Made by a program: the position numbers and the translations under genes. A stretch of 60,688 nt of DNA, counting the filler, from Sphacelaria rigidula (lineage: Eukaryota): assembly GCA_964200075.2 (NCBI GenBank). It is 9 parts of 9 records of this genome, joined end to end, with 100 filler letters (N's around TTAATTAATTAA, not from the genome) between each part and the next. Parts side by side here need not be neighbours in the genome. Positions count along the whole stretch, not along the records: positions 20,265 to 26,918 come from CAXNAA020018807.1; positions 27,019 to 33,672 come from CAXNAA020018808.1; positions 33,773 to 40,426 come from CAXNAA020018809.1; 6 more parts are not named here. The stretch is one strand, 5' to 3'. Of the stretch, positions 26,657-39,757 are shown one piece after another. The notes beneath the pieces are model-generated. The model was not told the DNA's origin and did no database searches. It was given only the letters and a program-made list of their open reading frames with translations. Each line of letters begins with the position of its first letter. Position 1 is the stretch's first letter.

Positions 26657-26918
26657 CACTTTGCATCACCCCACAGAGAGAAGCCTAGTCTGCTTTTCAG
26701 ATTCGCTTGGCTTCGAGGTTTTGAGATTGGCCGCTGAACGAAAGTTCGTGCGCAAAAATCGGTGCTTGCCGACCCCCGCCAATTTGCCCAATAATCTGTG
26801 GAGATCGCTGTAGATTTCCTTCCACACGGGTCATTGTTCAGCGGCCGCTCTCGAAACCTTGGAGCCAAGCGAATTTGAAAAGTGGGCTAGGCTCCTCTCC
26901 GTGGGGCGATGCAAAGTG
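26657..26918. mobile_element. Foldback element truncated by the contig end
   Basis: cactttgcatcaccccacagagagaagcctag...cgaggttttgaga at 26657 is the reverse complement of 26850-26918 with scattered transitions. Confidence 0.8.
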
Positions 26919-27322
26919 NNNNNNNNNNNNNNNNNNNNNNNNNNNNNNNNNNNNNNNNNNNNTTAATTAATTAANNNNNNNNNNNNNNNNNNNNNNNNNN
27001 NNNNNNNNNNNNNNNNNNGAAGCGCTTCCGAGCGAAACTAAATCCGAAAAATGGACACAATCCCGGGGAGCGGTTGATTCTCATTTCAAAGCTGTTCCAG
27101 AGGAAGGAGCGCGCGACGCAATGGACAACGAGGCCACAAGTGATGAAGCTAGGGGCTTTGTCCCCGCACGTGAGTCAATTTCAGTAAACGATGCAAGTGA
27201 AAATGTGTCAGGGGTTCCCGTTTTTCGACAGAACGTCCCAAATTTTTCAGGGAAAAAACGCTGATTATGCTCGGTACAGACATGAGCTAGTCAACTTCGC
27301 GAGGGACTAGGAAATTGGCTGG

Positions 27323-30300
27323 GTGTTTACCATGGCCGGCGATAGCTCGCACGAGGAAGATGTCGGTAACCCTGAATTAGCACTGGGGTATCTGGAGAGA
27401 AGAAACGGGAAGGGCACAGTGGCAGCCAACGTAAGGGCCAGACGGATGCTTGTTGCTAGTCTAGAGGGAAAGAAGGAGCAAGACATTTTGATTAGAACCC
27501 GCTCACCTGCTGCGGTTTGGGGAAAACTCGAGGATGTCTTTCGCCCCAAAACAAATGGGGCGAGAACCGCTTTGTTGGAAAAGTCTGATGGAGTCAAGAT
27601 TGGTGTCCGTGATCATCCAGAGCAGAAGCTGCTCGAGATGGAGGAACTTGCACGTAACCTGAAGTCATATGAGGAGCATGAACGTCTAAGCAAAAACCAT
27701 ATTCTCTTGAAATTCCTCAACGCATTGCTCTTCGAGTATCACATCCAGAAGCAATTGCTCGAGGATCGAGAGGGACCGCTGACACGGGAGGTTGTGTTGA
27801 CTTCGATCCGAAAGCGCTTCGAATCGACATCTTTGGAGCAGGAACTTGCCCGGGGAAAGAAGTCACCCCAGGGCGACCAGGCTCTCCTTGCCAGGGGTGG
27901 GACCGGGAAACCGAGCGGTGCACACCGGAAGGGAAAACCGGGAAAACCCCAGTGCTCTGGTCAGAAAAACGGCGGGAGCCAGAGTTCAAGTAGCTCTGGG
28001 TCGGCATCGTCGGACGGCAAACCGGCGGCTGGGAAGCTGCTCCGCTGCCACGTTTGCAACGAAGACACGACGCACCGAGCCAGGAACTGCCCGAAGAGAT
28101 ACTGCGGGAGGTGCGGTCAGCAGGGGCGCACGTTCTGGGACTGTCCGAGATCGACAGCGAAGAAAGAAGACGCGGTGATGGCGATGGGCGCGGCCGACGA
28201 CAGCGACAGCAGCTCCTCCGTCTGTTCGGTTGCGGATGGGGAGGCTTTCACCTTTCTCGACACCACCATCAACGGCGACACAGGCGAGTATGCATTGAGT
28301 GTTGAGCGGGGGGGGTGATAGTCAGCAGGGTGAGGGCGAACCGTGGGTATTTGACATGGGGGCTACCCAGCACTTCCCCCACGATTCCCATGGGATGACG
28401 GAGTACAGAGAGTGCAAGGGTAGGGTACTACGGTGCGCGGGAGGTAGTACTTGCCCGATCGTAGGCAGAGGAAATTTATATCTTGCCTTCAGATCTGACG
28501 GACAGGATGTAATCCTAAAACTAGTGGGTGTTGACCATGTACCTGGTGTCCGTCATCACCTCTTGTCACTCACGAGGGTCCAACAAATGGGACACACCTA
28601 CAGTGGTTTTCGTACAGGTTTCAGTGTAGATCTAATTTCAGGCAATACACTGAAAATACTCGGACAACCACGTCAACTCATAATGTACGCCCGCCGCCTC
28701 AATCAAAGTGGTAGTGACGAGTGTGCTTCCGCATATGCTGTTATTACCCCGGGGGCTTCGCCTAGCCCCCAGACCGCTGACATCAACGAATTTCACTGTG
28801 CCCACGCCCACGTCCACGAGGATTTACTGCAGAAGACGGCGAAGCAGCAGGGAAAGCAGCTGGCTGGGGAGCTGCAGCCCTGCCGTGGCTGCTCAGAGGC
28901 GAAGGGACTGCGGGCGCCGATTCCAAGATCGACGCACACGAGAGCAGCTAAGTCAGCGTCTAAGGTGTTTGTAGATCTTTCCGGACCGAAACCAGTCAAG
29001 TCTAACGGGGGAAAGTCGTACACGATGATAGTCCGAGATGATGACTCACGGCACACAAAGCTGTATTTCCTCAGGAAAAAGGATGAGGCAGAGAGATACT
29101 TCGCGAAGTATATTGCATGGGTCTCTCCGAGAAAAATGAGATTGTCCGTAGCGATGACGGGGGTGAATTTTCGGAGGGTGCATTTGGTGAACTGTGCGAC
29201 AGGGGAAAGATCAAGCAGGAGAATACAACTGCCGACTCACTCCAGTTCAATGGTGTTGCAGAGCGAGCGTTAGGTTTCATCGAAACATCAGGCCTTGCGG
29301 CCAGAATCCAAGCATCTGAGCTGTACCCATATGAGCGCATCCCATATGGTGACAGCCTGTGGGCTGAACAGGTGAACTGGGCGTGTCACGCCCTGAACTG
29401 TACCGCTACCTCGGCTAACCCGCACCACAAATCACCGCATGAGATGTGGTATGGATCACCACCAAAAGGTGATCTCATTCCGTTCTTGAAGCCTGGCTTT
29501 TGTAGGAGGAAGCGGACAAATAAATTACAGCCGGAGGTCGAAACATACTGGTACTTGAGCCCAGCCCCAGGCTACCCACGGGACGCGATGCGAGTTCTAA
29601 CTGTACGAGGAACTATCTCCGTGACAAGACATGTAGCATAGGCACGTACGTCCGCTGTCCCCCCCCGCACACTACAGCAAGCGATCCAGACGCCGGGCAA
29701 GCTGAAGGATTCCAGCGTCGAAAAAGGCCAGGGTGTGAGTGAAGACAGGACGGAAAGCTCGACAGTGGACACTTCGTCCAGCGGTTCCTCAAGCACGCCG
29801 TCCTCCCCGCCGAGTTCCGTTGGTGTGAGGGGCGGAGCAGCACCGCAGATCCCCGTCAGTAGTAGTGGAGGGGGCGAAGTGCCTTCACCGTCCCCGCGAG
29901 GGAGGGGGGGAAGGCGGGGTGAGACCAGAGATCCCCGTTCCAGATTTTGTCCACGGAGGGGGTGAGGTGGGGCCGGAATCATCATCATCATCAACGCCAA
30001 CATCAGCGCCAACGCCGACACCAACGCAGACGCCGACACCTACGCCGACGCAGACACCTACGCCGACGCTCACATCGGCATCGGACACTCCCTCTATGCC
30101 CGCACTTTCACTCTCTTCCACCGGTCCCTCGCAAGACGGCGGGGGGGGCGGCGACGCTCCTCAACGCCCGAGGACCGAGCAACGCCCTCTTGCTTGGGCT
30201 GACCGGTTACCAACACCAACGGCGGGGCGTACGAGGAGCCAAACGCGCGAGGCCATGGGGTCGGCACACGCACGAGAAGACACGCTGGTGGCTAGCGGAG

Positions 30301-32099
30301 CAGAGGAGAACAAAAAGAATGCGGAGATGGCGCTGGCGGGAATGGCGGAGGACAAATGCTCAACCATGGAGATGATCACCGCGGCAGCAGGACAGGTGGC
30401 CGGACAAGACACAATCGCTTCGACCCAACACGAGTCAGCTGAAAACGAGCTTTTTTTTGTTGCTGTGGGAAACAAGGTAGGGCAGCCTGAATTCAGTTTG
30501 CGTTCACCGGTTGGCCTACATGTAAGCGAAATAAAGGCAGCACCAACCAGTATGGATGACCTCGCAAAATCAGAATTTCGAGAGGCATGGTTGGGCACGA
30601 TACAGGCCGAACTAGGAGGTCACAAATAGGCTGGAACATTTTCGACTGGCCCTGTACCGGAAGCAGCAAACGTGATTTCCGCGAAGTGGGTTTTTAGTTG
30701 TGAGACTGATGCAGATGGTACTGTAACGAAAGCAAAGGCAAGGTTGGTAGCACGAGGATTTGGACAACGCTTTGCAGTCGACTATTCCGAGACTTTCGCG
30801 GCATCGCTCTCCATGGCCTCCATCAAACTGGTCATGGCAGTGGCAGTTCAGGAAGAGTGGCCGTTGTATCATTTTGATGTGACACAGGCTTTTGTTCAAG
30901 CAGAGATGAATACCGACGTGTACATGAGGTTGCCTGAAGGTTGCTCCGTTTTGACAGACATGACCGTGAAGCTTGAAAAATCTATTTACGGGATCAAGCA
31001 AGCGGGCAGGCAGTGGTCTCGTCTTCTGTGCAAAACTTTACTGGAGGATATCGGGATGGTGCAGTGTGAGGCTGACCCATGTGTTTTCAGGATGGAGGAT
31101 ACAGGAGACGTGCGTGTGATTTTAGTTGTCCATGTGGACGACATCCTTATCAGTGGTTCTGAGGAATGTTTAGGAAAGGTGGGCAAAATCCTCAACAAAA
31201 AGTTCCCCACGAACAATCTCGGAGATGTAACCTGGTACATGGGTACGCAGTGGATAAGACTGGGATAGAGGCACGCTGTCTGTGACGCAAACCACGTTCA
31301 CGGACACGCTCCCGAAGCGTTTTGAGGTGAGGGGGGGTATTCGGAAATCCCTGCCCCTGTTTCTGTAAAGTTGGGGCCGACAACGGGCGAAGACAAAAAG
31401 GTGAATCGCCCATACCGTAACGGAGTGGGGGGGGGTGATGATGTGGCTGGCAACAGTCACCAGACCCGACATCACGAATTCGGTACGAGTGCTTGCTCGC
31501 CAGTCTCATGACCCATGCGAGAGGCACTGGGAAGCTGTGATGAAAGTGCTCCAGTATCTCAATGAGACGAAGGAGTTTGGACTTACGTTCAAGAAAGGTC
31601 ATGATAGGCTCTCAGTCTACTGCGATGCAGACTACGCGAAGAAGGAAACAGATAGGCGTTCGGTATCAGAGGTAGCCGTGATGTACGGTGGTGTGGTAGT
31701 GTCGGCAACGAGCCGCACGCAACACTGCGTGACTCTGTCAACTACGGACGCAGAGTATGTTGCAATGGCCGAGGGGGCAAAGGAGGGACTGTTTGTGAAG
31801 GCAGTGTTGACGTTCTTGCGACCGCAGACTGTGTCGGGATGCGAGAGGACCAAGGTATTATTTTGTACAAGGACAACGAGGGAGCGAAAGCTGTGGCCGA
31901 GAATCCTCTCAATTCCGAAAGGAGTAAGCACATAGACGTGAGATATCACTTCATTCGAGAGCTGGTGGGGACGAGAAAGGTCAGGGTTGTGCACGTAGGC
32001 TCAGGATGGCAGCATGCTGATATTTTGTCGAAGCCTCCCTTGATCACCCTGTTTACGAGGCACAGACGTTTTTTCATGAACTTGGAAGGTGACAAGTAG
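27323..32099 (+). pseudogene. Copia gag-pol polyprotein broken by frameshifts and stop codons
   Basis: Motifs spread over ORFs 27323-28318, 28299-29273, 29117-29641, 29865-30629, 30672-31268, 31435-31935, 31839-32099 in different frames; in-frame TAG at 29639 and 30627. Confidence 0.92.
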
Positions 32100-32392
32100 G
32101 TACGTCTTTTCGTGTGTACCATTGTGCTAGCGCCGGGTATTTTCAGATGTTCAGCGATGCATTTATGCGCATTTCGGGTTAAGCCACCCACGCTACTTTG
32201 AGGGGCATGGGTTTTGTACGGCGTTTCCTGACATGACCTGTATCTGTTTTGACCGGCGTCTACGGATTATCTAGATGGAGCACAAGCTGTTGAGGGTAGG
32301 GGGGTTTTGCTCGGATGGCCGGGTTTCCCCCTTACAACTTTTATTTTAAAAGAGAGAAAGCCACGACGACTGATGTACCGGTTCAGAGGGGT

Positions 32393-32594
32393 TGTTCATG
32401 TGAACGGGTACACTGAGTAAATACGCACATGTGCGGATAGATCTTTGCAGACGCACGGGTACTGGTAGTCAAGTGTGTGTGGCTACAGTACCATGCTCAG
32501 GCCAGCTGCTGCGCTGCCGCCTGAGCTTAATCCACATCTGAACCCTCTATCATAGGGTCGACTACGTCGAGGCACTCTCCAATAATACAAAACA
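32393..32594 (+). repeat. Probable 3' LTR (~200 bp) of the copia element
   Basis: Purine tract agagggg immediately before TGTT at 32393; AACA at 32591-32594 (alternative end CA at 32589); no second LTR available for confirmation. Confidence 0.6.
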
Positions 32595-33939
32595 TGAAAC
32601 TATCTATCCTTTGCCACGGGCCACGGAATAACCTTCACTCCGTTATTAGGAGTTAGATCCACAAAATTTGCACAAATATGCCATGTATCATTGCGCAACT
32701 TTCTACGGACGACGTTTTTCTACTTCTTGAGTTTTTCACCGTTTTCGGGGGTCGGACGGGATCCAAGTCGTTTTTCGAAGTAGTCTCCATTCTGGGATCC
32801 CGGAAAACCGGCAGTACGACATATTTTTCATTTTTTCGCGCACGGTTTGTCGCGACATAACCCACGGAAGGGCCCCAAAAAAATCGCAGTAAAACTCGTG
32901 ATGCTTAAATTTTCATGTTCACGTCCAAGAAGGCCCGAAAACGCCGTTTTGTACAAAAATCAAGAAGTTCGCGGTTTCACCGCGGTACGCCAAGGTTTAT
33001 CGCGCAAAAAAAGCGAAAAACCTCACGCCGTTTTGAGGAGTTAGACCCTGATAATTTGCACAGCTGTTCTATGAGTGATTACGCACTTTTGGAAGGAATA
33101 GTTTTTTTTTTTCGTTTCACGGGGGTCCGATGGGGGAGATATGTTTTCTCGAAAAAACGAAGACCCCAGAAAACGGTGAAAAAAGTAAAAAAGTAAACGA
33201 AAATAGAAAAGACATTATTCTTAGAAAGTTGCGTAATGACCCACACAACATCTGTGCAAAATTTTAGGTTCTTTTGCCGATGAGTGTTTTTCGTGTGATG
33301 AGCGTGAACCAGCTGGTACGAGTATTCGAAATGACATAACAGACTGCAGATAGATAAAGCTGGCTTCACACACCAGGTGCTGACACTGATCTTGAAAATT
33401 AATGCTGGCATAGCTGGTGAGAAGGAATACTTGAAAATAATTTCGAATGCAGATCGAAGCTAGGTTGAGAAATCAGATTTTGAAAAAGGGCGTTTCGAAG
33501 AATGCAACACATGACGCTGATTTGACCTCAAATGTTTTGAGATGGATTTCCAAGGATGCAGGTAGATTTAGTTGGCTTGAGAAATCAAGTCTTTAAATTG
33601 TTTTTGAAAAATGACTGCAGATGAAGGTAGCTAAAGAACTCGGGGGAGCTACATCTCACCGGTTTTCGTGGCNNNNNNNNNNNNNNNNNNNNNNNNNNNN
33701 NNNNNNNNNNNNNNNNTTAATTAATTAANNNNNNNNNNNNNNNNNNNNNNNNNNNNNNNNNNNNNNNNNNNNTCCCGGTCGGGCCTGTCTCTCTGGCCCG
33801 AATTAGTTTTAGTTCCCCCCCCCCCCCCCCCCCTCCCCTCATCTTCGTCACTGTTGCGGCCGACGCACACCACGTAACGATCGCAGCTTTTGCCAATACC
33901 ATGTTTCCTCGTACTTGCTAGCTTAGAAATGCCTGCAAG

Positions 33940-35618
33940 AAGAACGCGGAAGAACGACATCGACGGGAGATGCTTGGAGTACAAGCCGCCATGGAAGGGG
34001 AGGCCCAGCCCAACCCTCATAGGCCACCCACTCGCCCCGCACCACGGGTAAGAGCACGGCGCGTGCGGATAAATTTTGTCCCGTCCTCGTGGAGCACCGA
34101 CAAACGAAGGCTTGCATGTTTCGATTCACAAGTTCTCTCGCGTGAGTGGGAAGCGCTAGGGTAGGGAAAAACGCAGATACCACCCGCTCCTTGTGTATGG
34201 GCCCTTGTTGTAACGCTCGTTTCCGTGGACAGTCTGCGCGGGTGATTGCAGACGAGGGTATTCACTGGAGTCTATCCTTCCGTCTCCCGCGGTAATTTCC
34301 CTGACATGACGCGTTTCAGGGATCGAATCAGGAGAACGATAGGCGAGCTGCAAGCGTCGACAACGAGGTGAGCGATTCACCCTGTAGAGTACATCATCAT
34401 TTTGAAGGGTGTCGCACTTTTCTCGACAGCCACGCGCTTAGCTCGGGAACATAAAGACGATTATTTCTCCAAGAAATACGACAGCCCTCTCTCATTCCAA
34501 CAAAAAACACGATGTAGACGAGCACGGGGACCCTGCAGCCGATCGTCTCCAAAACATTCTTCTCGCAATCGCCCACTCCCTGCTGTAGGACATAGCCGGC
34601 ATGCTTCAAGACGTCATGGACGATGGGGCAACAAGAGAGGGTAAAACACCAGTGCGCCCGAGCAGCGCCCCCTCGGGCCGCGGCAGGAGGCCTCAACCGA
34701 ATCAGCACACGTCCCCTGCGACAGGGACGGGGGGCGGAGAAAACAAGGGTGCTCTCACCGGTGGCGGCGACGAAGAAAATACCGGTGGCGACCAAAACTC
34801 GTCTTGCGGAGACTCGCGTGATCTAGGAGGCTTCGACGAGCTGGAGCGGACAGACTTCAGCTACGATGAATACCCTTCGGCCGATTCACCAGAAGAGCCG
34901 GAATGGATACACGTTCCGTGGTGCGGGACGAACAGCGGTGACATTGTGGTACTCGACGAGCCTCCACAATCTCTCACGATACATCCAGCTCCGACGACGG
35001 CCCCGCCGTCCTTTTGTTCCTCTTCTAGCAATGGCGGAGTCACGACCACTCCACGGGAGGCTTCGGCTGACGACGGTGAGGTATGTGCAGCCGATAGCGG
35101 TAACTCGCGTCAAACCGAGATATCTCTTGCCGCGGAAGAGGCAGGAAGGAACTGCGAGAATGGGCAACAGCTGCCGGTCGCACTACAAGATTGTGCTATT
35201 AGTGGTAGAGATGCAGAAGGTGATATTGATGAAGGAGAATACTTTGATTCGATCCCCCCGGACCGGGGAGCTGCTAGTAGAAGACCAGCTTCTGCAGACG
35301 GACTGACTAGGTACGATTGGGATGCAACCAAGGTACCTGTACGACCTGCGCTATCGGCAAATAGCCAGATACCGTCGGGGAGCCGAGCGGAAAAAATCAA
35401 AGCCAGAAACGAACGGAGGAAGAATCCAAACAAGAAGGTGAGTACTGTTCTGTTCTGTTCTGTTCTGTTCTGTTCTGTTCTGTGGCATATCATGTGCTAG
35501 ATACATCATGGCATCTCACGCGTTATTTCGGTCGGTTTTCGGATTGCTTCCGGTCGTACCTGTGATCAAAGGAGGTCACTATCGGTTCTGTGTCTGCATG
35601 GTGGATATACTGTAACCT

Positions 35619-35656
<38 letters not shown>

Positions 35657-37041
35657 CGCACTTTGAATGACCCTCCAGGGGTCCATCCGTGGTCTCATGA
35701 TAGGCGTGCCCAACAAAAACGAAACTGAAACAGGCTCAGAAAAAAACAAGGCACAGAAAGAAAAAAAAAGTCGATCCATGCATTGAAATGTGTTCGTCAC
35801 GCTAGAAGTTGTTGAGGTCGGTACTTCACGACTCGCATCAACTAGTGACGGCGGTACATGCATAGTGCTCGCAAATAACAACTCAGTATCAAGCTCAGGG
35901 TAAAAAGCTTCGGTCATGATCGTAATGAATTCACGTGAACGTGTTCATCTCCATCTCTCTTTCTCTAGGTTGTTTCTTGGGGGGAGAATTTGGAGGTACC
36001 TCCAGAAGAAGAGGATAGCAACGACGATGATGAAGCCAGTGGTGCGTTTGGGGGGGAAGGCGACCAGCATTATCAGACCGGAACCGAAACCTTTGGGCTG
36101 CCGTCCGGGATGATCGACGACATCGTGGACGGTATCGTAGAAGAAGAGGGTGACTCGGACGACGCCACGATTGATCACCCAGAACCGCGGAGGAGTTTGC
36201 CGTTCTCGGGACAACGGGAGGAGATGCGATTACGCACGACGACTGACGAATGTGTAGCAGCAGGGAAAGATGACTGTATAGCAGCAGGGCAAGAAGAGCT
36301 ACGTGCTGAGGTAGTGGGTGAGCTAGATGGGAGACATGCAGAGGTACGGTGGTGTCGACGCAAAATGAAAAGCGGATCGTGGTGGGAATGGGTGTAGACA
36401 TGCACACCCTGGACAAAAGGTTGCAGTGTCAAAAATGTACTGCGCACAGTATGGGATCTATTGTCTATTGCAGTAGACAATATATCCCATACTGTACGCA
36501 GTACAGTTTTTGGCAATTTAATCTATTGTCCAGGGTGTGTAGACATGACAATGGCGGCACCGTGTTGGAGTACGTAGGAAATTAGCCGAGATGTCCTACA
36601 AATATGGTTATTTCTTATTCTCATGAGTTAGTTCATCGACATACGCGGAAGAAAGGGGTGGCACTACAGGAGGTGCGGGTAGCACTTATCTGCCGAACCG
36701 GAAATGGCAAAAGTGAATCTGAAGCTTGCCGTTCGAAAAAGTGGACATCTCAGGCATAATGAGGTCCAGTACGTATTTAGGATGTCGTCGTATATTTCTC
36801 TCTTCCGGTGCGGCTTGCAAACCAACTATAACGCACGGTCATACGCGATACGGGCCGGTAAATCTTATCGCAGTCGGAGGATAACAACGGCAAGGAAGAA
36901 GATGGAAACGCGTTGTCTGCAAGGCGAAGGAGTAGTGTGGATGGGGAGGGCGCGGCGGGTAATGGATTGGTCCCGAACGAACAAGCCTCAAGCACTCGGC
37001 GACGACCGATGTCGAAGCTGGACACGCGTACCATGCTACAG
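33940..37041 (+). CDS. Uncharacterised acidic, low-complexity protein, partial; exons ~33940-34047, 34320-34367, 34589-35437, 35969-36343, 36874-37041
   Basis: Five open segments with AG acceptors and gtaag/gtgag/gtgag/gtacg/gtgac donors, all phase 0; includes 849-nt and 375-nt exons; D/E/S/G-rich; no domain recognised. Confidence 0.7.
35446..35482. repeat. (TGTTC)n microsatellite at intron start
   Basis: Read directly. Confidence 0.95.
36403..36539. mobile_element. 137-bp palindromic MITE with perfect 8-bp TSD
   Basis: TIR CACACCCTGGACAA / TTGTCCAGGGTGTG; TAGACATG at 36395-36402 and 36540-36547; self-complementary almost to the centre. Confidence 0.92.
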
Positions 37042-37146
37042 GTGACAAGCGAACGAGCCCGGCGCGGCGCATAATAGATTTAATCGCCGGAGGAAATTTA
37101 CCGTTGGCGATTCGGCCGTCGAGCGGGTTTACAAGCTATCCATTAG

Positions 37147-37289
37147 GAGTGGCGTCACGGTAGGGGTGCGCAAAACCTTTCACAAGCCCCTCACTTAAGA
37201 AACCCCTCGATGAGAAACATCTGAGGCCAAGTGTTCAACCTCAGACAACTTTTGGCCTAAAATGTTCACCTCCTACCGTGGCACCACTC
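37147..37289. mobile_element. 143-bp MITE with GAG...CTC termini and TTAA-like target
   Basis: TTAG|GAGTGGCGTCACGGTAGGGGTG ... CACCTCCTACCGTGGCACCACTC|TTAA. Confidence 0.7.
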
Positions 37290-38048
37290 TTAAAAACCCG
37301 GAATATCATAGAAATTACATTAATCGGTATAATAGCAGTGTATGACTTTACGGTACATGCTGCGGAATTCGTGTTCGGTATTGTATGGCACGCAACCTCC
37401 TTCTCAACGCGTGTGTGAAATCATCGTCGTATGAAGTTACATAGATACGGGCATACATGCGGTGCTCTCTCATCAAACCATTGCACCACTAAAACGCCTA
37501 CCATTAATACCATATCGGCATTGTCGATGCTTTACGTGTATGCCGGTCGCCGCCCTGTCACCTCTGCCCACCGGGACTGATTCTACGATGGCAGCATGCT
37601 TTGGATGCATTCTGCTTGATTCGCCTGCTCCACGGAGACTGGATGTCACTGCTGAACAAGATAGCGGAACAGGACATGTGTTGGGGTTTCTTACGCAGGC
37701 GAGCCTGGTCGATACACACACACATACATACGTACCCGTAAAGCTTTCGTTTATTAAGATATCCCGTAGTTCTAATTTCTTCTCTAAATACTGTACTGCC
37801 TTCAAGCGTTGCGTGCGTATATAGTACCTGTGTATTGCATGAATATGCATTTACCATCCTGGAACTTTTAGATACCCTGCAAAAATCTCAAAATGCAAGT
37901 GGGTAATTACACCTCTTTATTAGTATAAACCCTACTGGCCAATGGAAGCCCACGTATCGACTTCGTTAACCTCTAGTTCTAACAGACATAGCACACTAAA
38001 CTTTTATAGGGCATATGTAGAGAGTTCGCGTACATATGCATGTATATG

Positions 38049-38309
<261 letters not shown>

Positions 38310-39289
38310 ACGCTCGTACGAATGTTATTGTCCATGGAAAAGAGGCGAAATTCGGCCACTTTCGAACCTGGCTGATTACTTTGCGGTCGTTCGGCCCTAT
38401 GGAGCCAAGAAGTAACTGGTTAATCCTTGGGGAACTCTTCTCTTCCGTCCCCGGGCCAGACGCCTCATTATTTTAAGCCCTGAAAAGAAAGAAAATATGG
38501 GAACAGAAAAGACCCATGACAACCATTTTTACGGCGAAAGGCCACCAGAAGAATCCAAGGGTGAGACGAATGATTGTGTCGTTCGGAAATTACTTGATTT
38601 TAGTGTAATTGATTCGTACCGTACGAATCAATCCTTAGTCTTTGTTTTCAGCGTTGCAGCCCAGGTACGCGCAGCCCAGGCAGGTGGAATGGCGCAAAAA
38701 AAAAAATGACGCAAAAAAAAAAGCTGCGTGGAGATCTTTTTGACCAGCGGTCATTTTTTTTCATTTTTTTTTCATTTTTTTTAGCAATCTGGCCTGAAAA
38801 ATTGTGGATTTGGTGATTTGAACCGGCAATGATTCGTCCGAACCGTGGAAGAATCCACCAGCATACGTACGTCATGCGCGCACCAAAATGTCACCCCGGT
38901 GCGGTCGGATTTGCTTGTCCAATGAGGGGGCGCAGCGGGTCAAGTTTTTCAACTTTGTGCGCACAGCCAGCCAAGATCAGGACTTGCGTGCCCACAGTAG
39001 ATACAATCGAGAATCGGCACCACCTGTCCGTTTTCCTTGTATTGGGTCCCGTGTTGCACTGGGGCACATTTTTGCACGGGTCTAAGAAACACGCCTCGGG
39101 CTAGTCGTTTTGCGTGAAAGCTGTAAAAAATCAGCCATGTATCGTTGAAAAAACAGAACTCCGGAATCCATACCTTTCCGTCGCTAGTGCCAAGAGGGTT
39201 GAAAATGTTTTCTTCGTTTCCAAGTAAAGGAAACGTCAAATAGTGGAACAAAAAATGAATCACAGATTGGACACCTGCAAGGGCCCATA

Positions 39290-39509
39290 CTTCCTCTGTC
39301 CCACAAGTAGAGGTACCTACATTTTTACGGGCCCTTACCGATGTCCGATCGTTTTTTTTTTTCAATGAACGTGACGGTGTTTTCTGGGTCAAGAAAATGT
39401 GTGTGAAATTTGCAGCTCGTGCTTAAACCATGCCGCCGAACGGCTGCAAAAAGAGTAGTCGACCCCAAAATGGCCGTTTTTTGCCCCTTTCCGAGAGGAG
39501 AAAAAGTGT

Positions 39510-39548
<39 letters not shown>

Positions 39549-39757
39549 AATTTTTAAAGAGGGTAGATACTATCCTTTTTGTTCCGACTACATTTTTTTA
39601 AGTTTTTTTTAACCATGGTTCAAGCACGAGCTGCGAATTTTGAACACATTTTCTTAACCCCCAAAACACCGTAGAGTTCGTTAAAAAAAGAAGAAAACGA
39701 TCGGACATCGTTAAGGGCCCGTACAAATTTAGGTACCTTTACTTGGGACAGAGGAAG
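39290..39757. mobile_element. Stowaway-like (Tc1/mariner-type) MITE, 468 bp, with ~140-bp TIRs and TA TSD
   Basis: TA|CTTCCTCTGTCCC...GGGACAGAGGAAG|TA; arms pair through cgatgtccgatcg and gcagctcgtgctt.aaccatg. Confidence 0.88.

Larger units (their letters stand above)
27019..32594 (+). mobile_element. Ty1/copia LTR retrotransposon, disabled; 5' LTR lies outside the contig
   Basis: Domain order gag (zinc knuckles) - protease (WVFDMGATQH) - pre-integrase (FHCAHAH...PCRGC) - integrase (VDLSGP, RSDDGGEF, NGVAER) - RT (KARLVARGF, FDVTQAF, KSIYGIKQAGRQW, VHVDDIL) - RNase H (YCDADYA, RSKHIDVRYHFIRE, HADILSK). Confidence 0.97.
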
